The notes under the pieces are model-generated. The model was given only the letters and a program-made list of their open reading frames with translations. It was not told the origin of the DNA and made no database searches. From positions 1-64,000 of the forward strand of contig CAZCME010000011.1 in NCBI GenBank assembly GCA_964499705.1: a stretch of DNA of 64,000 nt. Reading direction: 5' to 3'. Of this stretch, positions 49,237-59,171 are shown piece by piece. This stretch comes from an uncultured bacterium (lineage in GTDB: Bacteria; UBA8481). Position 1 is the first letter of the stretch. Every line of letters starts with the position of its first letter. A program made the translations under genes and the position numbers.

Positions 49237-51795
49237 TTATCTCTTCCGCAGGAGAAGCGCGGTGGCCGGAAGGAGAAATGGCCGGACCAGCAGGGTATCC
49301 ACGAGGACTCCCGCGGTGACGCCCAGGCCCACCTGCTGCAGGAAGGCGACGCGCGACAAGGCCAGCGCCGCGAATGTGCCGGCCAGGACAAGTCCGCACG
49401 ATGAAACGACGGGACCCGTGACCTCCAGCGCTTTCGCCAGTCCCGCTTCGAAATCCGAGTGCGCCGCTTCCACGCGCGCGCGTCCGAGGAGAAAGATTCC
49501 GTAGTCGGCGCCGATGGCGACGAGGAGCACGAAGAGGAAGAACGGCGTCTTCCAGTCCACGCCCGGCCAGATTCCCCATCGCGCGCAGACAGACAGCACA
49601 CCTAGAGCGGCAAAATAGGACGCGAGAAGATAGACCGTCACGGCGGCCGGCAAGGCGAATCCTCCCAGGAGTAGAACGAGAAGGATGAAGACACCCGCCA
49701 CGACAAGGATTCCCACGAGGCGAAGATCCTGGGTTGTGATCGCTTCGAGATCCGCCGTGATCGGCGTCGGTCCGCCGACGAAAGCTGTCGCGCCCGCCAG
49801 ATCATGGATCTCGAACCAGAGAGGAAACCGGGCATGCAGATCGCTCAAGGTCTTCACCGCCTCCGGTGAGTTGGGTGACGCCTCGAGTTCCACTTCAAAG
49901 AGCGCGGCCTCCCCGCCTTCGGATACGAAATGATCCATGACGCGCGCGAGTTCCGGAATCGCGTCATAGTCGTCCACGGAAAGGGCGAGGCGATCGAGCG
50001 CTTTCGCCGCCTCGGGGGAATTCAACATGATCTTCAGGCGGTCCGCTCCACGGTCGAGTCCTTCCGCCAAAGCCTGCGCCCCTTCCTCCCCGCGGGCCAG
50101 GCCCAATTCCAATTTCCGCATGTCCGACGCGAATCCGTCCAGATCACGCCGCGCATCGTCAAAGCGGCGACCGGCCAGCAGAGCGGCCAGCGAGCCGCGC
50201 CTGTCCTTCTCAAGCGCGGCCTTTTTTTCCTCGATCTCCCGTCCGCCGCGCACAACCTCATGGCGCGCTTCTCCCAATCCCTTTCCCAGCGCGTGCGCGC
50301 CATGAACGGCCTTTCGGAGTCCCGCCTCGATCTCGACCATCTGGCTCCGGATCGTTCCCCTTTCGAAAAGCCCCGCCGCTCCCGTCGGCCGCGTCGCGCT
50401 GTGAACGACCGCCACGCCGGGCGTCACCGCCAATCGTTCCGTGAATTGATGAAGCGCGCTCAATCCCTCCGGTCCACGCCAGCCATCCGGCAATGTTCCG
50501 CTCTTCGCCGGAATCCGGATCATGACGGCCAGCGGTCCCGCGGATGAAAGCGAAAAGTGGCGCTGAAGCGCGGCGTAGCCGGCTTCGGACGGGCTCGCGA
50601 CAGGAATATCAATCTCGTTCTCGAACGTCGGACGGGAGGATGTTCCCAGATAAAGAACAGGAGACAGCGAAAGCGCGACAACGATGAGCATGAGAAGCGG
50701 ATGAGCGAGAACGAGGCGGGCGATGCCGGGCCAGAGCCATCCACGCCGGGCATTTTCGGGGCGGGACGGCCAGAAGAGGTGCGAGCCCAGGAGGCGCATC
50801 AACGCCGGCGCAAGCGTGAGTGTCGCAACCAGTGCCGTTGCGACGCCGATCGCGAGCGCGGCGCCGGAGAAGCGGAAGAGCCCGAATTGCGCGAACTCCA
50901 TGAGCCCGCACGCGACGCCGACGGCGAACGCGCTCCCCACGATGACATGGAGCGAACCTCGCCACGCAGCGCCGATCGGATCTTTCGATCCCGCCGCGGC
51001 TTCCTCTCTCGCGCGCGCGAAGAGAAGAAGGCAGTAGTCCGTGCCGACACCGTACACGATCGCGACGAGAAAGGAGCGCGCCTGGTACGCCACGGAGAGA
51101 CCCAGGGATGCCGCCAGAGTTACAAGGCCGAACGTCGCGCCGAGCGCGGCGCCGAGCGTGAGAATCGAAACGCCGGCAGCCACCGGCGAACGATAGACGA
51201 CGAGAAGAATCACGATGACGAGGAAAATCGTCGCCCACGCGGATCGCGCTCCGCCTTCATCGATCGCGCGATCGTAATCGCGGCCCAGGGTGGCGTCGCC
51301 GGACAGGAATATCCGGAATCCTTTCTCGCCCGCCTCCTTTGCCAGTCGCTCCACCTCATCGACAACGCGCGCTCCTTCTTCGGACGCGAAGCCCACGGAC
51401 AGCTGGACCAGGACGAGTGCGGCACGGCTGTCGGACGCGACGAGGCGATGTTCGAGGATGGGATTGTCCGTCGGAGCGAGCACAGCGGAAACCAGCGAGG
51501 TGGATTGGAGATGGCGCAGGAGGTCAGCAAGCCCGGCAATCCGATCGCGCGCGGTCGACATATCCGAGTCGGACTCGATCACGAGGACGATCTGCGAAAG
51601 AGGAGACGCTCCCGGAAAGAGTTTCTCGATCTCTTCACGGGCGATCCGATGCGGAGAATCCGGCGGGAAGAAGGAACCGGGATCCGTCACCGCGACTTCA
51701 TGCAGATGCGGAATGCATGCGAATCCCGCGATCGCGCCGACGATCCAGGCTGCGACGACGATGATCGACGCGGCGCGCGCTCTCATCAGCGACAT
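49237..51795 (-). CDS. MMPL family transporter
   Basis: YGVGTDYCL and VAIGADYGIFL motifs, GVLVDTLLVR, coiled-coil insert. Confidence 0.9.
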   Translation of the reverse strand: MSLMRARAASIIVVAAWIVGAIAGFACIPHLHEVAVTDPGSFFPPDSPHRIAREEIEKLFPGASPLSQIVLVIESDSDMSTARDRIAGLADLLRHLQSTSLVSAVLAPTDNPILEHRLVASDSRAALVLVQLSVGFASEEGARVVDEVERLAKEAGEKGFRIFLSGDATLGRDYDRAIDEGGARSAWATIFLVIVILLVVYRSPVAAGVSILTLGAALGATFGLVTLAASLGLSVAYQARSFLVAIVYGVGTDYCLLLFARAREEAAAGSKDPIGAAWRGSLHVIVGSAFAVGVACGLMEFAQFGLFRFSGAALAIGVATALVATLTLAPALMRLLGSHLFWPSRPENARRGWLWPGIARLVLAHPLLMLIVVALSLSPVLYLGTSSRPTFENEIDIPVASPSEAGYAALQRHFSLSSAGPLAVMIRIPAKSGTLPDGWRGPEGLSALHQFTERLAVTPGVAVVHSATRPTGAAGLFERGTIRSQMVEIEAGLRKAVHGAHALGKGLGEARHEVVRGGREIEEKKAALEKDRRGSLAALLAGRRFDDARRDLDGFASDMRKLELGLARGEEGAQALAEGLDRGADRLKIMLNSPEAAKALDRLALSVDDYDAIPELARVMDHFVSEGGEAALFEVELEASPNSPEAVKTLSDLHARFPLWFEIHDLAGATAFVGGPTPITADLEAITTQDLRLVGILVVAGVFILLVLLLGGFALPAAVTVYLLASYFAALGVLSVCARWGIWPGVDWKTPFFLFVLLVAIGADYGIFLLGRARVEAAHSDFEAGLAKALEVTGPVVSSCGLVLAGTFAALALSRVAFLQQVGLGVTAGVLVDTLLVRPFLLPATALLLRKR

Positions 51796-51896
51796 GTCTC
51801 ACATCCGGCGGAGACCGAATGAATCTCAACTCTTCCTCTTGAGGTCGCTCCTTCTTCGAAGCACAATGAATGCGGCATGATGATTACGTCCCGACC

Positions 51897-53069
51897 ATGA
51901 ACAGCGGAATCCTGCGCATCGGCAAATGGCTCTTTCTCGCCCTGATTCTCGCGATCACGTCTGGCGCCGTCGTCCTGGAGTGGATGGACAACACGATCGA
52001 GGCGCCGGGCTTCATCGCGGGCAGCCTGCTGCTCGCGGTCACGGTCCTCTACTACACGCAGAAGGGAAGAAAGGCGGCCGTCGTCATCTTCTCGCTGGCG
52101 GGATTCCTGATCGCGGCGCACATGCTGGTCGCCTTTTCCGGCCAGGGCGACTCCGCGCTCTATTCCGTCTACTTCATTCCCATCCTGATCGCCGCCGGTC
52201 GATTCGGCCTCGCGGGTTCGTCCGTGACGGGAATCATCGTGACCATCCTGTACGCCACGTTTTTCCTGCACGCCACGGAGCAGGAGATCCAGGCGGAGCT
52301 TCTCGAGGAAACCATCACGCTGATGTTCATCGCGCTCCTCTCCGGTTATCTCGTCGACCGACTGAAGGATGAAGAACAGCGGAGGTTCGCCGCGGAACGA
52401 CAGGAGCGGGATCGCGAGCGGCTGGCCGAGATCGGGCTCCTCGCCGCCCAGGTCGCCCACGAATTCCGCAATCCGCTCCAGGTGATCGAAGGATCCGCGG
52501 AGACGCTGGCCGCGCGGGGCTGGGTGGCCGAGGCGGGGAGAATTCTCCTGGCCGACCTGAAGGAGCAGGCCCGACGCATGTCGATTCTCGCCGCGGATTT
52601 TCTCGCGTATGGAAAACCCGTGCTCCGCGCGAGAACTTTCGTAAATCTTCACGGTCTGGTGGACCAGGCCGCGATCGGCGTGGGCGCCGTCGTCGTGAAG
52701 AACATGGTCGCGGAATCCCTTGGTACCGACGCCGATCCCGATGCCCTGGAGCGCGTCTTCCGCAACCTGTTCACTAACGCGCGGAAATCTTCCGCGACGC
52801 GCGTCACGGTCTCATGCTCCGCGTCAGGCGGTGAACTCGTCGTCCGTGTCAGCGACGACGGAACCGGCATTCCGGAGGATCTTGCTCCGCAGCTCTTCCA
52901 GCCCTTCCGCACCGGCCGTCCCGGTGGTGTCGGGCTGGGGCTCGCCATCGCGCGCCGTATCGTCGAAGCGCATGACGGGCGGATCGGGATCGCGGCGACG
53001 TCTCCTTCAGGAACCACGATGCAGATCGTTTTTCCCTCGCGCCTGTCTTCACACGGGTCGGCATCATGA
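51897..53069 (+). CDS. Membrane sensor histidine kinase
   Basis: 5 TM; AHEFRNPL, NLFTNA, DDGTGI, GVGLGL. Confidence 0.92.
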   Translation: MNSGILRIGKWLFLALILAITSGAVVLEWMDNTIEAPGFIAGSLLLAVTVLYYTQKGRKAAVVIFSLAGFLIAAHMLVAFSGQGDSALYSVYFIPILIAAGRFGLAGSSVTGIIVTILYATFFLHATEQEIQAELLEETITLMFIALLSGYLVDRLKDEEQRRFAAERQERDRERLAEIGLLAAQVAHEFRNPLQVIEGSAETLAARGWVAEAGRILLADLKEQARRMSILAADFLAYGKPVLRARTFVNLHGLVDQAAIGVGAVVVKNMVAESLGTDADPDALERVFRNLFTNARKSSATRVTVSCSASGGELVVRVSDDGTGIPEDLAPQLFQPFRTGRPGGVGLGLAIARRIVEAHDGRIGIAATSPSGTTMQIVFPSRLSSHGSAS

Positions 53070-54439
53070 GCCACGAGTCCTCGTATGCGACATCCATCCT
53101 CCTCGTGGATGACGAAGCGCCCATCCGGCGTCTCCTCGAAACCCAGGTGAACGATCTCGCCCGTGTCCTCACCGCCGGCTCCGCCGAAGCGGCATGGGAG
53201 ATTCTGCGGCGCACAGACATCGACGTCATCGTGACCGATTTCCGGATGCCGGGCATCGACGGGCTCCAGTTCCTCCAGCGCGTCCGGGACTGGGACAAGG
53301 AGGTGCCCGTCATCGTCGTGACGGCGTTCGGAACGATCGAAACCGCCGTGGAGGCGATGCGCGCGGGCGCCTTCGACTTTCTCACCAAGCCCGTGGAGAT
53401 GAAAATATTCCGCCAGACCGTGGAGCGCGCTCTCGCCTTCAGGCGGCTTCGCGAGGAAAACCGTTATCTCCGCGAACGGCTCGGCGAGGAGGACATGCCG
53501 GAGTTCATCGGGACATCGGCGGAGAGCCTCGACGTAAAGAGAAAAATGCGGGAGGCGGCGCCGAGCAGCGCGACTGTGCTCCTGACCGGAGAGAGCGGAA
53601 CGGGAAAGACGATCGTCGCTCGCACGATTCACGCGCTCTCCAACCGCCCGGGACTCTTCGTCCGGATCAACTGCGCCGCCCTGCCGGAAGCGCTTCTCGA
53701 GAGCGAGCTCTTCGGCCATGTGCGCGGCGCCTTCACCGGCGCCCACCAGAACCGCAAGGGAAAGTTCCTGCTCGCGGACAAGGGCACGCTCTTTCTCGAC
53801 GAGATCGGAACGCTCTCCCTCCCCCTGCAGGCCAAGCTCCTTCACGTCCTGGAGGAAGGCGAATTCTCGCCCGTCGGGGCCGACGTGAGCCTGCGGTCGT
53901 CGGCGCGCATCATCGCCGCGACGAACGAGAATCTCGACGACGCCGTGAAGACGCGGCGGTTCCGGTCCGATCTCTTCTGGAGATTGAACGTTCTCATGAT
54001 CCCGATTCCGCCCCTGCGCGTGCGACGCGAGGACATTCCGCTGCTCGCCCATCACCTTCTCGCCCGCTTGAACGCGGGACGAACCGTGTCTCTTTCCGCG
54101 GAAGCCATGGCCGCTCTGACGGCGCAAGCCTGGCCCGGCAACGTGCGCGAATTGCAGAACGTCCTGCAGCGCGCCCTCGCGCGGTACCACGGCGAGGAGA
54201 TGCTCCCCGCGGAGGCCTTCGACGAGACGATGTGGGAAGCGCGCGATACGCTTTCCCTGAAGGAATCGCTCGCGCGCGTCGAGCGGGCGCTCATCGCCGA
54301 GGCGCTCCGGCGGACGAAAGGGCACAAGACCGCCGCGGCCGAACTGCTCGGGCTCACGCCGCGCATGGTCTCCTACTACCTCGACAAGTATCCCGATCTC
54401 ATGGACGCGGTCGACGCGGAACGGAAAACCAGGGATTAA
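53066..54439 (+). CDS. NtrC-family sigma54-dependent response regulator
   Basis: LLVDDE..TDFRMP..TKP receiver; GESGTGK, ESELFGH, GAFTGA, WPGNVREL; Fis HTH. Confidence 0.95.
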   Translation: MSHESSYATSILLVDDEAPIRRLLETQVNDLARVLTAGSAEAAWEILRRTDIDVIVTDFRMPGIDGLQFLQRVRDWDKEVPVIVVTAFGTIETAVEAMRAGAFDFLTKPVEMKIFRQTVERALAFRRLREENRYLRERLGEEDMPEFIGTSAESLDVKRKMREAAPSSATVLLTGESGTGKTIVARTIHALSNRPGLFVRINCAALPEALLESELFGHVRGAFTGAHQNRKGKFLLADKGTLFLDEIGTLSLPLQAKLLHVLEEGEFSPVGADVSLRSSARIIAATNENLDDAVKTRRFRSDLFWRLNVLMIPIPPLRVRREDIPLLAHHLLARLNAGRTVSLSAEAMAALTAQAWPGNVRELQNVLQRALARYHGEEMLPAEAFDETMWEARDTLSLKESLARVERALIAEALRRTKGHKTAAAELLGLTPRMVSYYLDKYPDLMDAVDAERKTRD

Positions 54440-55602
54440 GTCGCTTCCCACAGTTGTCCCGTGACCAGTCCCTCATCCACTTTTTCGACGCGTGAGGCGA
54501 GCGTGCGGGGGAAGCTGACGGCGCGCGCCGCCCAGTGCGAGCAGAGATCGCACCGGAAACATTTTCCGGGCAGACATCCCCCTTTCCTGAAGACGAGATC
54601 GAGGTAGCCGTCCAGGGATCGATTATCGATCCGGATCTGATCCTCGATGTCGAACGCCGGGCGGGCGGCGCGCGCCAGGCCCAGCAGCCTGCGCCAGCCT
54701 CCGCGCATCACGGCGGCGAAGCCTGTCGCGGCGTCGATATGCACCGGCCCGCGCCGCATCAGGTCCATCAGGTTTCCGTCATATCGTCGTTCCGCATATG
54801 CGCGCGTTCGCGCGACAAGATCTTTCGTGGAACATCCCCGCCCCGCGATCTTGAAGTGGCGATACCCGAAGGCCTCGTAGCGCGGAAGATCCTCGGGGCG
54901 GATCCAGTCCTGCATGAGAAGCCGCGACGGATCCTTCAGGAATCCCGTGTGGCACTGGAAATAGCAGGCGTCCGGAGCCGGCGTCTTGCGCCGCGACGCG
55001 GCGCCGAGATCGGCGGCGTGGCAGGGCGCCCAGGCGCAACCGAGCTCGCAACGATTATTCACGAGGAGTTCCAGTTCGCCGCGGCCCGCCATCGCCCGCA
55101 TGATCGCGTTCAGCCGGTCGGGATCGCGGTTCACGAGCATCGAGTCCAGGACGATCCGGTGCGCGCCCTCGTCGAACCATGCGCGCGCCTTCCGTTCGTC
55201 ATCGACCCGCGAAAACACGCTGACACGCACCTTCAATTTCGTGTGGCGGACGATGACGCGGAGAAAGAGCGGCGACACGACGGTCACCCATTCCACGCCG
55301 CACTCGGAGATGCGATCGAGGAGCTTCCTCAGGCGGCGGTAACCTTCCGGCGTCGCGATGTCGCCCGTTCCTCCGTCCGCGGCGTTCAGGAGGTAATCGA
55401 ACGCGATCCCCTTCGACCGCGCATGCTCCACGTGCTTCCGGAACCGGTGCCATCCGATCTTTGGCACGAGAAATCGCGGGCGGCCTCCCCCGAAACCGTC
55501 ACCCTCGATCTTCCCGTAGATCTGGGACACGGGTAGATCGGCGACGCCGTCGATCAGTTCATCCTCGAAACTTGTCGCGAGCGAAAACGCGGATCCGGTC
55601 AT
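54436..55602 (-). CDS. U32 'peptidase' family Fe-S protein
   Basis: GGGR, YLLNA, ELLVNNRCELGC..CH, CYFQC, WIRPEDL, FKIAGR, C-terminal CxxxCxxCxxC. Confidence 0.85.
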   Translation of the reverse strand: MTGSAFSLATSFEDELIDGVADLPVSQIYGKIEGDGFGGGRPRFLVPKIGWHRFRKHVEHARSKGIAFDYLLNAADGGTGDIATPEGYRRLRKLLDRISECGVEWVTVVSPLFLRVIVRHTKLKVRVSVFSRVDDERKARAWFDEGAHRIVLDSMLVNRDPDRLNAIMRAMAGRGELELLVNNRCELGCAWAPCHAADLGAASRRKTPAPDACYFQCHTGFLKDPSRLLMQDWIRPEDLPRYEAFGYRHFKIAGRGCSTKDLVARTRAYAERRYDGNLMDLMRRGPVHIDAATGFAAVMRGGWRRLLGLARAARPAFDIEDQIRIDNRSLDGYLDLVFRKGGCLPGKCFRCDLCSHWAARAVSFPRTLASRVEKVDEGLVTGQLWEAT

Positions 55603-55603
55603 G

Positions 55604-56674
55604 TCAGATTCCTTTCCAGCGGCAGACCGCGAAGTCCATGGAGAATCCCGGGCCCACGGCCAGAATCCCCGCCGTCTCGCCGAATGGGGCCGAGGCCCGA
55701 TTCGACCAGTATTTTTCCAGGACGAAATAGATGGTGGCGGAGGAAAGATTCCCGACGCGGCGAAGGACGCCGCGACTCTCTTCGAGCCCGCCATGCGGTA
55801 TGCCCAGTGCTTCCTCCATTGCGTTCAGGATCTTCGCTCCGCCGGGATGCACAAGCCACCGGATCGCGCCCAGGGATGGAACGGAACTCAGGAGCGACTT
55901 CACCGTGGGCACGAGTTCCTCGCGGATGAAGGCGGGAATTCGCGGAGACAGGAAGATGTGGAAACCTGTCTCACGGAGATCGAATCCCATGAAGTCGAGG
56001 GTGTTCCGGAAGAAGTGCGATCCCGTGGATTCGATGCGGAGCCCGGAGACCGGCTTGCCGGTCACGAGAGCGCCTGCGGCTCCATCGCCGAAGATCGCCG
56101 TGGAGATGACATGCGCGCCGTCGAAATCCGTCGGCTGAAACGTAAGCGTCGTCAGTTCAACGGCCAACAGGAGCACGGTCGAATCGGGAAAAGCCCGGAT
56201 GTGATCGTGGGCCATCCGGAGAGATGCGACTCCGGCCGCGCACCCCAGTTCCGTCACGGGCAACCGCTTGATGTCCGAACGGAATCCGAAACGATTGATG
56301 AGATACGCGTCCACGGCGGGGATCATGAATCCCGTGCAGGAAGTCGTTATGATGAGATCGACGTCCTCGATGCGCAGCGGACTTCTCTCGAAAAGCCTGA
56401 CCACGACTTCCTCGGATAGCCGGCGCGCCGTTTCCATGTAGGTCTGATTCTTCTTCCGGAGCGCGGGATCTTCCATCAGCTCCTCGATGGGAATCGAACT
56501 GTACCGCGTCTCGACTCCCGCGTTGTCGTAGGCGCGCCGCGCCGTGGCCAGCGGGATCGGAGCACCGCTGTCGGGAGCCTTGAGATACCATCGTTCCAGG
56601 AGCCGCTTCGCGCGTTCCTGCGTGAAAAGATTGGACGGCAGCGCCGTGGCCACGCCCGCGATCGTGGCCGTCAT
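55604..56674 (-). CDS. Type III polyketide synthase
   Basis: ELGCAAG (Cys), VHPGG (His), GNLSS (Asn), FGDGAAG, GPGF. Confidence 0.93.
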   Translation of the reverse strand: MTATIAGVATALPSNLFTQERAKRLLERWYLKAPDSGAPIPLATARRAYDNAGVETRYSSIPIEELMEDPALRKKNQTYMETARRLSEEVVVRLFERSPLRIEDVDLIITTSCTGFMIPAVDAYLINRFGFRSDIKRLPVTELGCAAGVASLRMAHDHIRAFPDSTVLLLAVELTTLTFQPTDFDGAHVISTAIFGDGAAGALVTGKPVSGLRIESTGSHFFRNTLDFMGFDLRETGFHIFLSPRIPAFIREELVPTVKSLLSSVPSLGAIRWLVHPGGAKILNAMEEALGIPHGGLEESRGVLRRVGNLSSATIYFVLEKYWSNRASAPFGETAGILAVGPGFSMDFAVCRWKGI

Positions 56675-57267
56675 GACGCCACCCTGTTCTTTCCCCGCAC
56701 CGTGAATGTGATCTTCACGTCATCGGAGACCTTGAAGAAAAGAAATCCCGGAGGCTCCATGCCGAAATCCGTGATCTTCACCCGCGCGGTTCCCGTCACG
56801 GCAAGATCGGACCCCGCGAAACCCGCCATGATCTCCACCGGAACCCGGCGTGTCGTCCCGTGCACTGTCAGATCTCCCGACGCCGTCGCCGTGAAGGTGT
56901 CGGAGCCCGTCCATCGCGGCGCCTTGAGTTCGCGCAGCTTGAAGACAATCTCCGACTTCTCATCGCCGCCGAAGATCTTGTACATCTCGTTGTCGCGCGC
57001 GCTGATGCCGGTCTTCAATGTGCGGATCGGAATCCGCGCCTCGCCGAACGCGGTCTCCGCGACCTTCTGCCGGTCGCAGCCGAACTCACCCTTCACAACC
57101 GCGGTCTTCCCCTCGAAATCGTGGCCCGTGGAATGCGCGTGAAACACGAGCGAATTCCTCGCGCCGGTCATGTCATATTTCTGCACGGCCCCCGACGCGG
57201 CCACGGCCAGGAGAAGCGTCAATCCCGCAAGCCAACCCATGTTTCTTCTGATATTCCAGATCATCAT
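56671..57267 (-). CDS. YceI-family periplasmic lipid/polyprenyl-binding protein
   Basis: Signal peptide; HDFEG, LKTGISARD, GDLTVHGTTR, TDFGMEPP. Confidence 0.88.
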   Translation of the reverse strand: MMIWNIRRNMGWLAGLTLLLAVAASGAVQKYDMTGARNSLVFHAHSTGHDFEGKTAVVKGEFGCDRQKVAETAFGEARIPIRTLKTGISARDNEMYKIFGGDEKSEIVFKLRELKAPRWTGSDTFTATASGDLTVHGTTRRVPVEIMAGFAGSDLAVTGTARVKITDFGMEPPGFLFFKVSDDVKITFTVRGKNRVAS

Positions 57268-57434
57268 TCCTGTATGCTCCCTTCGCTTATTCGTGGAATT
57301 CTACTGCACAAATGGGGCCCGCCAATAAACGATCGCAAATCGCCTGCTTTCAAGGAAGCCCTTACAGAAAACGTAACGGACGGGGATTGCGCGAACCGAG
57401 GAGTGAAAATTTCAAAAATTCTCGATCAAACAAT

Positions 57435-57571
57435 ATTAACAGGATGAGCAGGATAGGCAGGATCGATTCAGGGTAGAAAAGAAGGTAATGTAGTCCTGTA
57501 ATCGGGGAAGAGTTTTCTTTTTGCTCTTCTTTCTTTTTTCACATCCTGCCCATCCTGCCCATCCTGTTAAT
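57435..57571. repeat. Nonamer-unit (CAGGATRRG) inverted repeat, 29-bp arms, 79-nt spacer
   Basis: ATTAACAGGATGAGCAGGATAGGCAGGAT vs reverse complement of 57543-57571, 2 mismatches. Confidence 0.88.
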
Positions 57572-57690
57572 TCACAGCCAAAGGATGGGGAACTTCTGTG
57601 AAAATTTCCTGATCCTTGATCGTCCACGGCATCCGTTCTATGATCGACGCATGAAATTCGGACGTCTTAACAACCAGGGGGTGATCCGCC

Positions 57691-59094
57691 ATGTCTGACG
57701 TACTTTCCCGACTTGCTTCCCGACCCGTTGCAGAGCAACAGCCGCAGGACGCGCCGATGCGCTCGGACGGCGGACGCGAAATCAACCTGGCCTGCGACCG
57801 CCCGCGCGAGCCCCAGACGGTCGAGGAGATGGGCATTCCCGAAGCCTTCATCGAGGACATGATCCTGAAGCTCCTCTCGCAGCAGGGCGCGATGACGGAG
57901 CACCAGATCAGCTGGTCCCTGAAGGTTCCCAAGCACATCGTCTCCCAGTTCACCAAGGATCTCTCCAAGAGAAAACTCGTCGGGCCTCCGCCTTCCAATC
58001 CGAACGCCTTCATATGCGGATCGGAGGGCAAGGATCGGGCGGAAGACGCCTCCAAGACGACGCGGTATCTCGGGCCGGTTCCGGTCTCCGTCGATGAATA
58101 CGTCCGCCTGATGCGCCAGCAGGTCGGCCGTCCGCTCCAGTTCTCCCAGAAGGATATCGAGGCCGCCTATTCGAAGATCGTGATGTACGACCAGGACTTC
58201 CGCGAGCGCATCGGTCCCGCGGTCCGGTCTCAGCGAAGCATTCTCCTGTACGGAGCCCCCGGAAACGGAAAGACGATCATGGGCAAGTGCCTCACGTCGC
58301 TCATGAAATCGGACCTCATGATTCCCTACTCCATCTTCGCGCACGGCCAGGTCATCAAGGTCTTCGATTCCGCCTTCCACAAGCCCATCCTGTCCGACGA
58401 ATACAAGGAATACGACATCGAGAAGACGGACGACGCGCGATACGACATGCGATGGAACATCATCAATGTGCCCTACGTCGAAGTCGCCACGGAATTCACG
58501 CTGGCCGGATTCGAGCTCTCTTACAACGAATACGCGAAGTACTACGAGATGGCGACGCACGTGAAGGCCAACGGAGGAGTCTTCTTCATCGACGACTTCG
58601 GACGCCAGAAGGGTAAGGCGGAGGAATACCTGAACCGCCTCATCACGCCCCTGCAGTCGCGCGAGGACATCCTCCAGCTCTCCGCGACCGGAGGCCAGAT
58701 CCGAGTCCCGTTCTACTGCATCCCGCTCTTCTCCACCAACTTCACGCTCGACAAGATCGGCGACGAAGCCTTCCTCCGCCGCTTCAAGTACAAGATCCTC
58801 GCCCGCAGCCCCGGGGAAAAGGACCTCGAGGACATCTTCAAGTTCGAATGCATGCGCAGTGGCATCGATTTCAACAAGGAGATGTACGAATATTTCCTCG
58901 ACCGCGTGAAGAAGCGCGACCTGAAGCTGCGGAGCTGCCTGGCCAACGACATTCTCTCCAAGATCATCGATCATTGTTCCTTCCACACCATGAAGGCGGA
59001 GATGTCGAAGGAGCTTATCGATCTCGCGTTCGAGCTGAACTTCTCGGAGCAGACGGAGACGTGGGCGTTCGGGACGAAGGAAGAGAAGAAGTAA
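57691..59094 (+). CDS. AAA+ ATPase with N-terminal winged helix
   Basis: YGAPGNGKT Walker A; KANGGVFFIDDFGRQ Walker B; FSTN; DEAFLRR. Confidence 0.85.
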   Translation: MSDVLSRLASRPVAEQQPQDAPMRSDGGREINLACDRPREPQTVEEMGIPEAFIEDMILKLLSQQGAMTEHQISWSLKVPKHIVSQFTKDLSKRKLVGPPPSNPNAFICGSEGKDRAEDASKTTRYLGPVPVSVDEYVRLMRQQVGRPLQFSQKDIEAAYSKIVMYDQDFRERIGPAVRSQRSILLYGAPGNGKTIMGKCLTSLMKSDLMIPYSIFAHGQVIKVFDSAFHKPILSDEYKEYDIEKTDDARYDMRWNIINVPYVEVATEFTLAGFELSYNEYAKYYEMATHVKANGGVFFIDDFGRQKGKAEEYLNRLITPLQSREDILQLSATGGQIRVPFYCIPLFSTNFTLDKIGDEAFLRRFKYKILARSPGEKDLEDIFKFECMRSGIDFNKEMYEYFLDRVKKRDLKLRSCLANDILSKIIDHCSFHTMKAEMSKELIDLAFELNFSEQTETWAFGTKEEKK

Positions 59095-59171
59095 TGTTTA
59101 ATTTCTAATTTGTAATTTGTAATGTCTATTTTGAATGACATTACAAATTACAAATTGGAAATTAAACATTA
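59092..59171. repeat. Heptamer-unit inverted repeat, 35-bp arms, 10-nt loop
   Basis: TAATGTT TAATTTC TAATTTG TAATTTG TAATGTC / reverse complement, single T-G pair. Confidence 0.92.

Noticed and set aside
3542-59171. CRISPR or guide-RNA arrays among the repeats
   Set aside because: Units are contiguous short tandem repeats without unique spacers; no cas-like genes
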